Positions 43,616 to 54,289 are shown, numbered from the stretch's first letter. The stretch: DNA of 64,000 bases from Thermoanaerobaculia bacterium (GCA_035263845.1 DATFQY010000198.1:356-64355); one strand, 5' to 3'. Program-made: numbers and translations. The notes: generated from the sequence alone by a model not told the origin.

Positions 43616-44578
43616 ATGAGCACCGAAATCGCGGGAAGCAAGACGGAGATCGCCGCCGGCCTCAAGCGGCTGCGCGAGAACGTCCGGCTGATCTACAGGG
43701 GAGAGGCCAGGGCGGTGGACCTGACGCTGACGGCGCTGCTGTCGCGCGGCCACATCCTCATCGAGGACGTCCCGGGGGTCGGAAAGACGACGCTCGCCCG
43801 CGCGCTTGGCAAGAGCTTGTCGCTGGAATTCCGGCGGATCCAGTTCACTAGCGACACGCTGCCCGCCGACGTCCTCGGCATCTCCGTCTTCCACACACCG
43901 ACGGAGCGCTTCGAGTTCCACGCCGGGCCGATCTTCTCCAACATCGTCCTGGCCGACGAGATCAACCGCGCCACGCCGAAGACGCAGTCCGCCCTGCTCG
44001 AGGCGATGAACGAGGGAGCGGTCACGATCGAGTCGGAGCGGCGGCCCCTGCCGCAGCCGTTCATGGTGGTCGCGACGCAGAACCCGGTCGAGTATCTTGG
44101 GACTTACCCCCTGCCCGAGTCCCAGATGGACCGTTTCTTCCTGCGTCTGTCGCTGGGATACCCGTCCGAGCAGGAGGAGAAGATGCTTCTGCGCCGCGGC
44201 GGGACGGAGAAGGCCTTGAACGCGATTCCCGCGGTGCTCGATCCGGACGAGGTGCTGGAGCTCCAGGACCGTGTCGAGCACGTAACGGTCTCCGACAAGC
44301 TCCTCGATTACCTCCACGCCATCGTGCGGGCGACGCGGCGCGCGGGCGACCTGCGCCTTCCGGTCTCGACGCGCGGCGCCCAGGCGCTCTTCCGCGCGAC
44401 GCAGGCGTACGCCCTGATGCAGGGGAGGGACTACGCGGTGCCCGACGACGTCCAGGCGATCGCCGAGTCGGTCCTGGCCCATCGCATTCTCGCCATCTCT
44501 TCCGACGGATTCGGCTCGGGCAACCACGAAAGGGAAGTTGTCAGGAAGATCCTCTCGCAGGTGGCCGTCCCGGTCTGA
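43616..44578 (+). CDS. MoxR-family AAA+ ATPase
   Basis: GHILIEDVPGVGKTTLA (Walker A), LADEINRA (Walker B) and VVATQNP. 320 aa. Confidence 0.92.
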   Translation: MSTEIAGSKTEIAAGLKRLRENVRLIYRGEARAVDLTLTALLSRGHILIEDVPGVGKTTLARALGKSLSLEFRRIQFTSDTLPADVLGISVFHTPTERFEFHAGPIFSNIVLADEINRATPKTQSALLEAMNEGAVTIESERRPLPQPFMVVATQNPVEYLGTYPLPESQMDRFFLRLSLGYPSEQEEKMLLRRGGTEKALNAIPAVLDPDEVLELQDRVEHVTVSDKLLDYLHAIVRATRRAGDLRLPVSTRGAQALFRATQAYALMQGRDYAVPDDVQAIAESVLAHRILAISSDGFGSGNHEREVVRKILSQVAVPV

Positions 44579-44589
44579 TAGTCCGTTCC

Positions 44590-45576
44590 ATGACTCGCCT
44601 GATCCCCGACTGGGAAATACGGATCACCAACTTCGGCCTGGGATACGTCCTGATGTGCCTCGTCGTGGCCATCGGGGCGACGAACACGGGCAACAACGGG
44701 CTCTACCTGGTGCTCGCGGGGATGCTCGCGGCGATGATCGTCTCGGGCGTGATCTCGCGGCGCAACCTTCGCGGGGTCTCCTGCGAGATCGAGCCGGTCG
44801 GGGAGGTCATCGCCGGCCGGCCGGCCCTTCTGCGAGCCCGGCTGCAAAACCGGATGCTCGCGACCACCGCGCAGGGCCTCTTCCTCCTGCATGAGGGCCT
44901 GCCGGGGCCGCTCTGGATCGATCCTCTGAAGCCCGGCGAGCGGCGCGACATCCTCGTCGAGGGCGTCTTTCCGAGGCGAGGGGTCTTTCGGAACGCGGAC
45001 GCGGGACTGCTCTCGCGGTTTCCGCTCGGCCTCTTCCGAAAGTACCGCCACGCGCGGCTGGCACGCGAGGTCGTCGTCTTCCCGAGCCCCGAGGCCAGCG
45101 CCGTCCCGCAGATCCCGCCGGAGGACGCGCGGGGCGGTCGGTCTCACCCGCGGCGCCGCGGAGGGGGCTCGGACATCCGGATGCTTCGCGATTTCGTCGC
45201 GGGCGACGACCCGCGGGACCTCCACTGGAAGCAGTCGGCGCGGATGCGCCACTGGATCGTCCGCGAGCGCGAGGCGGAGAGGGACCGGGTGATCTTCCTC
45301 GCGCTGGACAACGCGCTCGCCGATCCGTCGGACCCGGCCGCGCTCGAAGGCCTGGAACGGCGAATCTCCCGCTGCGCCGGCCAGGCCCTCCTGCTGCTGT
45401 CCCGGGGAGGCGAGGTGGGCTTCGTGTCGCGCAACACGCTCGTATCGGCCTCGGCCGGGCGGGCCCAGCGGACGCGGATCCTCGACGCGCTCGCGCGGGT
45501 CAACGCGATCCCGGCGGCGGGAGCGCCCGCGTTCCCACCCCTGCGCCACGCCGACATGAGGTGGTACGTCGCATGA
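44590..45576 (+). CDS. DUF58 domain protein (MoxR partner)
   Basis: Two N-terminal TM segments and RDFVAGDDPRDLHWKQSAR, the hallmark of DUF58. Confidence 0.88.
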   Translation: MTRLIPDWEIRITNFGLGYVLMCLVVAIGATNTGNNGLYLVLAGMLAAMIVSGVISRRNLRGVSCEIEPVGEVIAGRPALLRARLQNRMLATTAQGLFLLHEGLPGPLWIDPLKPGERRDILVEGVFPRRGVFRNADAGLLSRFPLGLFRKYRHARLAREVVVFPSPEASAVPQIPPEDARGGRSHPRRRGGGSDIRMLRDFVAGDDPRDLHWKQSARMRHWIVREREAERDRVIFLALDNALADPSDPAALEGLERRISRCAGQALLLLSRGGEVGFVSRNTLVSASAGRAQRTRILDALARVNAIPAAGAPAFPPLRHADMRWYVA

Positions 45577-47588
45577 GCGCGCCTGAGATTCCGCCGGGGC
45601 TGAGGAGGGCTTCCTTCGAGGTCCTGGCTCCGCTGGCGGCGGTAGCGCCGCTGCCGCTCTACTGGACCGACGGGGCCTCGGGGTTCGCGATCGTCCTTTA
45701 CGAGATCGCCCTCTTCTCCCTCTGGAGCTGGGCGAGGAAAGGGCGTCCGCCGCGTCTTTCCAACGGCATCCTGAACGCCCTGGGCCTCGGGTACCTCCTC
45801 TGGCTCGGTTTCGAGGCGCTGATGCTGCGGCACGGGCTGCTCAAGTCGGTTTCTCATTTGCTGCTTTTCACCGCGATCGCCAAGCTCGCCTCGCTGAAGC
45901 GGCCGGGCGAGGTGCGCACGGCCCTCCTGGTCATCTTCCTGATCGCGCTGGCGTCGGCGTCCTCCTCCACGCACATCGCCTCGCTCCTCTACTTCGCCGC
46001 GATGGCGTTCCTGGGCTTCCGAGCCCTGGCCCGCCTCGCCGTCCTCGCCGACTTCGAGGACGGGCCGCCGCCCCAGGTGCTGCGCGCCGTCCCAACGGGC
46101 GGGATGGCGGTCGTGGCGATCCTGATCGGCGGAACGCTCACGGCGCCGCTCTTCTACGGTTTGCCGCGGCTGCGCCGGCCGTTCGCGGTCGCGCCTTTCC
46201 GTGTGGACGAAGCCTTCTCCTCGGCCCTGACCGCCGACCGCGTGGACCTGACCACCTTCGGTGCCGCCAAGCGAAGCGACCAGGTCGTCCTCCGGATGGA
46301 GGTGGACCCGGAGTCGGCGCTTCCCCGGGTGCTACGGCTGCGCGAGGCGGTCTTTACGCGCTACCACCGGGGCGTCTGGACTCGGGCGACCGCGGCGGCG
46401 CCGGACCCCGGCGAGCGCGCCGAGCGCATGCTCGCGCAGACTCGCGCGCAGCAGCATCTGCTCGCCCGGCTCTCGGTGGACCTGAACCTGAACGCGAACG
46501 GTTTCCTCTTCCTGCCCTACGGCGCGGACCGCCCGGAGATCGAGGGCGAGATTCCGACCGTGTTGCGGGACGGCGTCGTGACGCTCGCGAGGCCTGCGCG
46601 CGTCGCCCGCTACACCGTGGATGTGCGCGGAGTGGAGCCGAAGGCCATCGGGTCGAGCGCGATCGATCCCGAGTCGGTCCCGCAGGAGATCCGCGATTAC
46701 ACGCAGAAGCTGACCGGGGACCTGACGGAGCCGCTGAAGATCTACGAACGGATCCGGGACAACTTCGCCTCCCAGTTCCTTTACACGCTCGATCCTCCGC
46801 GCGGCAAGGGCGACCCGCTGGTCAACTTCCTCCTGCATTCGAAGGCGGGGCACTGCGAGTTCTTCGCCTCCGCCACCGCGATGATGCTGACCGCCCGCGG
46901 CATCCCGTCGCGGCTCGTGACGGGCTCCTACGGCGGCGAGGCGGGCCTCCTCTCCCGCGCCCTGGTCGTGCGCGGCGGGAACCTGCACGCGTGGGTCGAG
47001 GCCAACGTCGACGGCCAGGGTTTCAGCGTGCTCGATCCGACGCCGGCGGCCGGGATCCCGCCCGCTTCGACCCGGATCTCCTGGAAGCGCTTCTTCTCCA
47101 ACCTCTCCCGCGAGATCGAGTTCTTCTACGACCGGAGGATCCTGGGCTTCGACTCCGTGGACCAGGTGCGCATCGCCGAGACCCTCCGTGACGCGGCGTC
47201 GGCGGTCGGCCGCGACCTCGCTTCCTGGAAGGAGTTCGTCGGGAGCGTCGAGGCGCGGAGAATCGGGACTGCGATCGTCATCCTGGGCATCGTCGTCGTC
47301 GCGTTCGCGCTGGTGCGGCGGGGCAGCCGCGCCTCCTCCGCGAGCGCCGCGACCCGGGCGTACCTGTCGCTGCGTCGCCTCCTGGCGGTTCGCACCGGTG
47401 GGGTCGCGCCCTCCGTTCCGCCGTTGGAGGTCGCGCGGCTCTTCGCCAGCGAAGTGCCGGCCGGCCGCCTCGACGCACTCGAAATCGCGAGCGTCTATTG
47501 CGCCGCGACCTACGGCGGCCGACCCCTCCCCCCCGAAAAAATCCGAGACCTCGACGACCGCGTCCGCCGCCTCCGCAAGCTCGCCTAA
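45573..47588 (+). CDS. transglutaminase-like membrane protein (DUF3488 + TGase core)
   Basis: Multi-TM N-terminus, then GHCEFFASATAMMLTARGIPSRLVTG...HAWVEA...DPTP (Cys-His-Asp core). The ATG overlaps the DUF58 stop (ATGA). Confidence 0.88.
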   Translation: MSAPEIPPGLRRASFEVLAPLAAVAPLPLYWTDGASGFAIVLYEIALFSLWSWARKGRPPRLSNGILNALGLGYLLWLGFEALMLRHGLLKSVSHLLLFTAIAKLASLKRPGEVRTALLVIFLIALASASSSTHIASLLYFAAMAFLGFRALARLAVLADFEDGPPPQVLRAVPTGGMAVVAILIGGTLTAPLFYGLPRLRRPFAVAPFRVDEAFSSALTADRVDLTTFGAAKRSDQVVLRMEVDPESALPRVLRLREAVFTRYHRGVWTRATAAAPDPGERAERMLAQTRAQQHLLARLSVDLNLNANGFLFLPYGADRPEIEGEIPTVLRDGVVTLARPARVARYTVDVRGVEPKAIGSSAIDPESVPQEIRDYTQKLTGDLTEPLKIYERIRDNFASQFLYTLDPPRGKGDPLVNFLLHSKAGHCEFFASATAMMLTARGIPSRLVTGSYGGEAGLLSRALVVRGGNLHAWVEANVDGQGFSVLDPTPAAGIPPASTRISWKRFFSNLSREIEFFYDRRILGFDSVDQVRIAETLRDAASAVGRDLASWKEFVGSVEARRIGTAIVILGIVVVAFALVRRGSRASSASAATRAYLSLRRLLAVRTGGVAPSVPPLEVARLFASEVPAGRLDALEIASVYCAATYGGRPLPPEKIRDLDDRVRRLRKLA

Positions 47589-48985
47589 TACGCGTTGCGG
47601 GCCAGGCCGTGGCGGAGGGTCAGCCAGAGGATTTTGACGTCAAGGGAGAGGGTCCAGTTCTCGATGTAGTAGAGGTCGTACTCGATGCGCTTGGTCAGGC
47701 TCGTCTGGCCGCGCCAGCCGTGGACTTGCGCCCATCCCGTCATTCCCGCTCGGACCCGGTGGCGGAGCATGTACTGCGGGAACTTCTCCTTGAACTCCCG
47801 TACGAACTCCGGCCGCTCGGGCCGCGGGCCCACGAGCGACATCTCGCCCCGGAGGACATTGACGAGCTGCGGCAGCTCATCCAGGCTCCACCGGCGCAGG
47901 AACCGTCCCGCGCCCGTGCGGCGTGGATCCTCGGGGCTCGCCCACATCGGCCCGGACTCGTCCTCCGCGTCGGCGACCATCGAGCGGAACTTCAGGATGT
48001 CGAACGGCCGCCCGTCCAGCCCCATCCTTCGCTGCCGATAGAAGACCGGCCCTCCGTCCTCGCGACGGATGGCGAGGGCGATCAGCCCGAACAGGGGCGA
48101 GAACGCGACCAGCGCGGCGCTCGAGACGCCGATGTCCAGCGTCCTCTTCACCAGGCTCATCCAGCCCGAGAGAGGCACCTGCGTCAGGTGCACGACCGGC
48201 AGGCCGTCCAGATCCTCGACGCCCGCCCGGAAGGTGATGTGTTGGAGAAGGTCCGGGACCACGCGGACGTCGGCCACGGTGCGGCCGACCTCCTTCAGGA
48301 CCTCGAGCATGGTGCGGTGGGCTTCCAGCGGCAGCGCCAGGAAAACGGTGTCCACCCGCATCTGTTCGACGACGTCGGCGGCCTCGGAGGTCCGCCCCAC
48401 GACCGCGATGCCCCGGTAGAACTCGCCCTGCCTCTTCGGATCGTCGTCGAGCATCGCGACGGCCCGCAGTCCGGCCTCGGGATGCTCCGCCAGCTTGTCC
48501 ACCACGGCGCGTCCGAGCCTCCCGGCGCCGACCACGAGGACCTGCCGGACTCCGAAGCCGTGCCGCCACGCCTCCTCGAGGTAACGCCGGATGGCGGTCC
48601 GCGCCGCGAAGACGAACAGCACGTCGGCGGCGAAGAAGAGCAGCAGGACCAGGCGCGAGAACGTGAACTCGCGGAAGAAGGTCGCGAGGCCCATCAGCAG
48701 CAGCGTCGCGAGGCCCGTCGCGACGAGGACCGCGAAGCCCTCCTCGATCCGCGAGCGGTGGCGCCGCACGCTGTAGAGGCCGTAGAAGTAATAGACGACC
48801 GGCCACAGGACGGCGATGAGCGGAAAGAGCCGAAAGTACGTCTCGGGCCCCGGGACGCCCTTGGTCACCGGCACGATCTCCGCCCGGAAGCGAAGGAAGT
48901 AGGCGGCGGCGAGCGCCGCGAGGGTCGCGGCGAGGTCCGAAACCAGGAACAGCGTCGCGAGACGCCGGTTGTTCCTCCTGATCAT
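47585..48985 (-). CDS. undecaprenyl-phosphate sugar phosphotransferase (EPS priming glycosyltransferase)
   Basis: The TM N-terminus, a CoA_binding-like middle region and the C-terminal FRSM...DELPQLVNVLRGEMSLVGPRP...GMTGWAQV mark the bacterial sugar transferase domain. Confidence 0.9.
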   Translation of the reverse strand: MIRRNNRRLATLFLVSDLAATLAALAAAYFLRFRAEIVPVTKGVPGPETYFRLFPLIAVLWPVVYYFYGLYSVRRHRSRIEEGFAVLVATGLATLLLMGLATFFREFTFSRLVLLLFFAADVLFVFAARTAIRRYLEEAWRHGFGVRQVLVVGAGRLGRAVVDKLAEHPEAGLRAVAMLDDDPKRQGEFYRGIAVVGRTSEAADVVEQMRVDTVFLALPLEAHRTMLEVLKEVGRTVADVRVVPDLLQHITFRAGVEDLDGLPVVHLTQVPLSGWMSLVKRTLDIGVSSAALVAFSPLFGLIALAIRREDGGPVFYRQRRMGLDGRPFDILKFRSMVADAEDESGPMWASPEDPRRTGAGRFLRRWSLDELPQLVNVLRGEMSLVGPRPERPEFVREFKEKFPQYMLRHRVRAGMTGWAQVHGWRGQTSLTKRIEYDLYYIENWTLSLDVKILWLTLRHGLARNAY

Positions 48986-48998
48986 GCCGCGGTCGCTC

Positions 48999-50156
48999 TC
49001 AACCTTCTGCTTTCGTCCATCGGCCCGGCGTCCCGAGGAGGTCCTCGAGCTCCCGCAGGAATTCCCCCGTGAAGCGCTCCTTCCCGAAGGGAACCGCCGA
49101 ATCTCGCAGGGCAGTGTAATCGAACCGCATCGAGGAGGCGCGCTCCAGCGCCGCCGCCAGGCCCTCGGCGCTCTCCTCGGAGTAGAGCACCCCGTTGACC
49201 CCGTCGGAGACGATGTCCCGGACCCCGCCCCGTTCCAGGGCCACGACCGGAGCGCCGCAGGCGAGCGCCTCGACCGAAGCGATCCCGAAGTCCTCCTCCC
49301 CGGGCTGGACGAAGAGCCCGCAGGTCCGGTAGAGCGATCGCAGCTGCTCGGGCAACAGGTTCCTCGCGAAGTCTACGGAGGCGCCCGCCATCGCGCGGAG
49401 GCCCTCTTCCTGCGGGCCGCGCCCGACGAGGACGAGGCGCCGTCCCGTTCGCCGGGCCGCCTCGATCGCGAGCTCGAACCTCTTGTAGGGGACGAGCGAC
49501 CCCACCGCGAGGAGGAAGTCCTCTCGCCGCTCGGGGCCGGGCTGGAAAAACTCCACGTCCACCGGCGGATGAACGACTCGAGACTCGCGGCCGTAGTGGC
49601 GGCGGATGCGCTCGGCCACCGCCGAGGAGTTGGCGAGGTAGCGGGTGGGACGCCCCGCGGTCTTCTGGTCCCACTCTCGAAGTCGCCCGACGAAGAATCT
49701 CTTGAGCGTGAGAAAGCGAGTCTTTCCGCGCGGGAAGTACGTGTCGAACTGCTCGTACGCGTAACGTACCGGGGTGTGGCAGTAGCAGAGGTGGGGAACG
49801 CCCGGCGGCGCGACCGCGCCCTTGGCGACGCAATGCGAGGAGGAGACGACCAGGTCGAAGCTGGAGAGATCGAACGACTCGACGCCGCGGACGAAGAGCG
49901 GGAGATACTGCCGGTAGTGCCGGGCCGCGCCCGGGAGCTCATTCAAGTACGACGGACGGATCCGGTATCGCTCGATTCCTCGCGACACCGAGCCGGGCAC
50001 GTGGAAGAGCGTGAAGATCACGGGGTCGGGCAAGAGCGGCAGGATCGCCTCGAGAACCCTCTCCCCGCCACGCATCCCGTTCAGCCAGTCGTGGACGACC
50101 GCGGTCCGATGGACGGGACCGGGGACTCGGGACTCGGAACTCGAAGCGGGTCTCAC
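48999..50156 (-). CDS. glycosyltransferase family 4
   Basis: VVHDWLNGMRGGERV N-terminus and EDFGIASVEALACGAPVV (EX7E region). ATGA overlap with the upstream GT. Confidence 0.88.
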   Translation of the reverse strand: MRPASSSESRVPGPVHRTAVVHDWLNGMRGGERVLEAILPLLPDPVIFTLFHVPGSVSRGIERYRIRPSYLNELPGAARHYRQYLPLFVRGVESFDLSSFDLVVSSSHCVAKGAVAPPGVPHLCYCHTPVRYAYEQFDTYFPRGKTRFLTLKRFFVGRLREWDQKTAGRPTRYLANSSAVAERIRRHYGRESRVVHPPVDVEFFQPGPERREDFLLAVGSLVPYKRFELAIEAARRTGRRLVLVGRGPQEEGLRAMAGASVDFARNLLPEQLRSLYRTCGLFVQPGEEDFGIASVEALACGAPVVALERGGVRDIVSDGVNGVLYSEESAEGLAAALERASSMRFDYTALRDSAVPFGKERFTGEFLRELEDLLGTPGRWTKAEG

Positions 50157-51313
50157 GGGGTCTCCCGAGTCCCGTGTCCCGAGTTCCGAGTTCCGCGCAG
50201 CGCAGCTGCGTAGACCTCGAGGGTGCGGGCAGCGGCGCGGTCCCAGGAGAAGTCGGCGGCGCGCTTCAGCCCGATGGCGGACAGGCGCCGACGCTCCGTC
50301 TCGTTCGTCGCCAGCAGCGCGATGCCGTCGGCGATCGCGTCCACGTCCATCGGATTGACGAGGCAGGCGTAGCCGCCCGCGATCTCCTGGAGGGCCGACG
50401 TCGAAGAGGTCAGCACCGGGGTCCCGCTGGCCATCGCCTCGACGACCGGCAGGCCGAAGCCCTCGTAGAGCGTCGGGTACAGGAAGACGTCTGCGCCCGA
50501 GTAGAGGGCAGGCAGGTCCTCGTCCTCGACGACGCCCGGCCGCAGGACGGCGTCGGTCAACTCGAGCGCGGAGATCAGCGCGTCCATCCTCGCGGGGTTG
50601 GGGGGCATCGGGCCGGCGAGGACGAGCGCGTGGGGGAGCGAGGCTTCGCGCCTGGCCCTGGCGAAGGCCCGGATGACGTTCTGGACGTTCTTGTGCGGCT
50701 TCTCGCCGCCCAGGAAGAGCATGTACGGACTTCGGAGTCCCAGAGCCGCGGCGACGCGCTCCTTCTCCTCCGCTGGAACGTCCGGCCGGAACCGGCTCGA
50801 CACGCCGTTGTAGATGACCTCGATTCGGGAGGACGGCACGCGGAAGTAGTTGACGAGGTCGCTGCGCGTGTTGTGAGAGACCGTGATGATCCGGTCGGCC
50901 CGCGCCAGGGCGCGGCGGATCATGTAGCGCGCGTAGAAGAGGGCGGCCCGGTTGGGAAGGAACTGCGGGTAGAGGAGGTGGATGATGTCGTGGATCGTCA
51001 CGACGGCCCGAATCTTCCAGAGCGGCGGCAGCACGTAGTGGGTCGCGTGGAAGAGGTCGAGCCGGTCGGCCCTGAGCCGCCAGGGAAGGCGCGTCATCTC
51101 CGCCAGGGAGTAGCCGGGCGAGTCGTCATGGACGACCTCGAAGTGCGCGGGCAGCTCCGGCAGGTCTGCGCCGTCGGCGGTCTTCGTGTAGACCCGGAAA
51201 TGGTACGCGGCCGAGTCGGGATGGCGGCCGATCGCTTCGAGGAGGTTTCGGACGTACGCGCCGATGCCGTAGTCCTTCAGCTTCCTGGCGTCGATGCCGA
51301 TGCGCGGAGTCAT
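50153..51313 (-). CDS. glycosyltransferase family 4
   Basis: IGIDARKL...GIGAYVRN N-terminus and YEGFGLPVVEAMASGTPV. Confidence 0.88.
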   Translation of the reverse strand: MTPRIGIDARKLKDYGIGAYVRNLLEAIGRHPDSAAYHFRVYTKTADGADLPELPAHFEVVHDDSPGYSLAEMTRLPWRLRADRLDLFHATHYVLPPLWKIRAVVTIHDIIHLLYPQFLPNRAALFYARYMIRRALARADRIITVSHNTRSDLVNYFRVPSSRIEVIYNGVSSRFRPDVPAEEKERVAAALGLRSPYMLFLGGEKPHKNVQNVIRAFARARREASLPHALVLAGPMPPNPARMDALISALELTDAVLRPGVVEDEDLPALYSGADVFLYPTLYEGFGLPVVEAMASGTPVLTSSTSALQEIAGGYACLVNPMDVDAIADGIALLATNETERRRLSAIGLKRAADFSWDRAAARTLEVYAAALRGTRNSGHGTRETP

Positions 51314-52422
51314 CCATTCTCCGTCGCCGCTTCCTCGAGCACCCGCGCCGTCGCTGCCGCTGCGGCGTCCCAGGAGAAGGCCGCCGCGCGGGGAGGACCG
51401 GCTGCAGCGAGCCGGCCGGCGAGGACGGGATCATCGAGGAGCCGCTCGATCCGGCTCGCGAAACCGGCGGCGTCGAGCGGCTCCGCGAAGAGCGCGGTAT
51501 CCCCGGCGACCTCGCGCAGCGCCTCGGCGGTGGAGACGATCACCGGAGCTCCACAGGCCATCGCCTCGAGGACCGGCAGGCCGAAGCCTTCCGCGAGCGA
51601 GGGATAGACGAAGACCTCCGCGGCGCGATAGAGGGCCAGCGCCGTTTCTTTGCTGGCGTAGCCCGGCAGGTGGATCCTTTCGCGGAAAGGGGACGCCGCG
51701 ATTTGGGCCTCGAGAGCGACGGTCTTCCACCCGGACCCGCCCGCCAGGACGAGGTCGGGCGCCTCCGGCCGCCGAGCCCAGAGCCGCTCGCACGCCTCCA
51801 CGAGAGTCTCGACGTTCTTTCGCGGCTCGAGGGTGCCGAGGTACAGGAGGAACCTCCGTCCCTCCGCGAAACGGCGGCGCGTCTCTTCCTTCTCCTCCTT
51901 GCTCGCTGCCGGCGAGAAGTCCGCGTCCACTCCGTTGGGGACCACCCGCGAGCGGGAGGCGGCGTCGGGATGCGCCCGGACGAGGTCCCGCTCCGTCGCT
52001 TCCGAGACGCAAACGAACCGGGAGGCCTGCTCGACGGTTCGGTTCCAGAGCGGAACGAAGCCCACGAGCGTCCGGGCGCGATGCCACTCGGGGTGCGTGC
52101 AGGGAGTCAGGTCATGGACGACGGAAACCCAGGGGAGCGTCGCGCGGACCGGGCCGATCGTCAGCGCGGCGAGGAGGACGTCGGCGCCCCACTCCCGGGC
52201 GCGGCGCTCGAACGTCGTCTGCACCCAGATCATGCCGAGCGGATGGCGGTCGGCGGTCACCGACAGCGGCGCCGCGCCGTTTCCTTCCGGGAGCGGGCGA
52301 GGCGAAAAGAGGCGGACTTCGAGGCCCGGACGGGCGGCGAGCGCCCCGGCGATGCCTCTCGTGTAAGTGCCGATGCCGGTCGTCGGGGGCAGCAGCGCCC
52401 GCGCGTCGATGGCAATCTTCAC
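51310..52422 (-). CDS. glycosyltransferase family 4
   Basis: MKIAIDARALLPPTTGIGTYTRG and AEGFGLPVLEAMACGAPV. Confidence 0.88.
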   Translation of the reverse strand: MKIAIDARALLPPTTGIGTYTRGIAGALAARPGLEVRLFSPRPLPEGNGAAPLSVTADRHPLGMIWVQTTFERRAREWGADVLLAALTIGPVRATLPWVSVVHDLTPCTHPEWHRARTLVGFVPLWNRTVEQASRFVCVSEATERDLVRAHPDAASRSRVVPNGVDADFSPAASKEEKEETRRRFAEGRRFLLYLGTLEPRKNVETLVEACERLWARRPEAPDLVLAGGSGWKTVALEAQIAASPFRERIHLPGYASKETALALYRAAEVFVYPSLAEGFGLPVLEAMACGAPVIVSTAEALREVAGDTALFAEPLDAAGFASRIERLLDDPVLAGRLAAAGPPRAAAFSWDAAAAATARVLEEAATENG

Positions 52423-52489
52423 CGGCGAAGTCTACAGGCCGGCCGCGTTTGACTGCCGCGCCGCCGCGGGTAAAATACGCGGTTCCGTC

Positions 52490-53017
52490 ATGAAGCCGCC
52501 CAACGCCATTTCTCTGGATGCCGTCCTGGACGAAGCGGTCCCGTTCGCCTTCGAGCTGCGCTTTTCGCCCCAGGCCCTGGACCGGGAGCCGCTGCTCGAG
52601 ATCTCGCGGGTGAAGGTGGCCGGGGAGGTCTCGCGCATCGAGAAGGGGTTCGCCTTCGACGCGAGGATGGACTACTCAGGTCGGCTCGAGTGCAGCCGCT
52701 GCCTGAACCCTTATCCCTTCGAGAATTCCGAAGACTTCTCCCTCGTCCTGCGCAAGCGCCCGGCGCCGGGAGGCGAGGAGATTGCGCTTCGCGGCGAGGA
52801 GCTCGACGAGTACTTCTACGACGACCCGGTCGTCTCCGTCGAGCCGATCGCCGAGGAGCGCATCCAGATGGCCGTCCCGATGAAGCCTCTCTGCCGCGAG
52901 GACTGCCGCGGGCTCTGCCCTCAATGCGGCCAGGATTTGAACGTGACCGCGTGCGGCTGCGTGGTCGAAAACGACGACCCGAGGTGGGAAGCGCTGCGGG
53001 TCTTGAAGAAAGTGTAG
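52490..53017 (+). CDS. yceD: YceD/DUF177 family protein
   Basis: CSRCLNP...CREDCRGLCPQCGQDLN. Sits in the canonical position upstream of rpmF. 175 aa from ATG 52490. Confidence 0.85.
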   Translation: MKPPNAISLDAVLDEAVPFAFELRFSPQALDREPLLEISRVKVAGEVSRIEKGFAFDARMDYSGRLECSRCLNPYPFENSEDFSLVLRKRPAPGGEEIALRGEELDEYFYDDPVVSVEPIAEERIQMAVPMKPLCREDCRGLCPQCGQDLNVTACGCVVENDDPRWEALRVLKKV

Positions 53018-53025
53018 GTACCACG

Positions 53026-53199
53026 ATGCCCAATCCCAAACGGCGCCACAGCAAGGCCCGCCGCGACAAGCGCCGCGCGCACGACGCCCTGGCCGCCCCG
53101 GCCCTCTCGGAGTGCCCGAACTGCCACGAGCCCAAGCAGCCGCACCGCGTCTGCCCGCACTGCGGCTACTACAAGGGCAAGCAGACCATCAACGTCTAG
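53026..53199 (+). CDS. rpmF: 50S ribosomal protein L32
   Basis: MPNPKRRHSKARRDKRRAH...CPNCHEPKQPHRVCPHCGYYKG. 57 aa. Confidence 0.95.
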   Translation: MPNPKRRHSKARRDKRRAHDALAAPALSECPNCHEPKQPHRVCPHCGYYKGKQTINV

Positions 53200-53225
53200 C
53201 GGTGGGGTGTCGGGGTCGCGGCCGG

Positions 53226-53231
53226 TATAAT
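53226..53231 (+). promoter_or_regulatory. TATAAT -10-like box upstream of plsX
   Basis: The sequence reads GGTATAATCC, 38 nt upstream of GTG 53270. No convincing -35. Confidence 0.3.
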
Positions 53232-53269
53232 CCGCGCTCCGTGTTTTCTTCGGCTGGGACGGCCTGACC

Positions 53270-54289
53270 GTGCGCATCGCGGTGGATGCGATGGGCGGCG
53301 ATCACGCTCCGCAGGTCAACGTGGACGGCGCGGTAGCCGCGTTCCACGAGTTCGGGATCCAGTCGCTCCTCGTCGGCCGGGCGGCGGAGCTGGCGCGGCT
53401 GCTCGAGGACGCCGGCTTCAGGGGGCCGGACATCGAGATCGTGGACGCGCCCGACGTCGTCACGATGAAGGACCCGGCGACCGCGGCGATCCGGGGCAAG
53501 CGCAACTCTTCGATCCGTGTCGCGGCCAACTGCGTCCGCGACGGAAGGGCGGAAGGGCTCGTCTCGGCCGGGCACACGGGCGCCGCGATGGTCTCGGCCA
53601 AGATGGTCATCGGGACGATCGAGAACGTGGACCGGCCGGCGCTCGCCACCGTGCTTCCGAATCTCACGGGACACTGTCTCCTGCTCGACGTCGGAGCCAA
53701 CCCGGACGCCAAGACGGAGCACTTCAAGGAATTCGCGGTCATGGGCTCGATCTATGCCCAGCTCGCCTTCGGCAAGCGGTCCCCCTCGGTCGGCTTGATG
53801 TCCATCGGCGAGGAGGACACCAAGGGGAGCGAGCGCTCCAAGGAGGCCTTCAAGATCCTCAAGGAGACAGGCCTGAACTTCATCGGCAACGTCGAGGGGC
53901 GCGACGTCTTCAACGGCAAGGTGGACGTCATCGTGACGGACGGCTTCACCGGCAACGTCATCCTGAAGGTCTCCGAATCGCTGTCGGAGATGGTCGAGCA
54001 GCTGCTCCGGGAGGAGATCAAGAGCACGCTCAAGGCGTCCGTCGGCTTCCTCCTGTCGCGATCGGCTTTCCGCCGCTTCAAGTCGCGCCTGGACTACTCG
54101 GAGTACGGGGGCGCGCCTCTTCTCGGCGTCAAAGGGTGCGTGATCATCTGCCACGGGCGTTCCAGCGCGAAAGCCGTCAAGAACGCGATCCGCTTCGCGG
54201 CGGAGTTTTCCCGCCGTGGGCTGGCCCAGAAGATCCAGTCGTCGCTCGCGGACCTCCACTCCCGCGAGGCCAAGGCCGCTCAGCATTGA
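53270..54289 (+). CDS. plsX: phosphate acyltransferase PlsX
   Basis: RIAVDAMGGDHAP, SAGHTGA, VTDGFTGNV and GAPLLGV motifs. Confidence 0.95.
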   Translation: MRIAVDAMGGDHAPQVNVDGAVAAFHEFGIQSLLVGRAAELARLLEDAGFRGPDIEIVDAPDVVTMKDPATAAIRGKRNSSIRVAANCVRDGRAEGLVSAGHTGAAMVSAKMVIGTIENVDRPALATVLPNLTGHCLLLDVGANPDAKTEHFKEFAVMGSIYAQLAFGKRSPSVGLMSIGEEDTKGSERSKEAFKILKETGLNFIGNVEGRDVFNGKVDVIVTDGFTGNVILKVSESLSEMVEQLLREEIKSTLKASVGFLLSRSAFRRFKSRLDYSEYGGAPLLGVKGCVIICHGRSSAKAVKNAIRFAAEFSRRGLAQKIQSSLADLHSREAKAAQH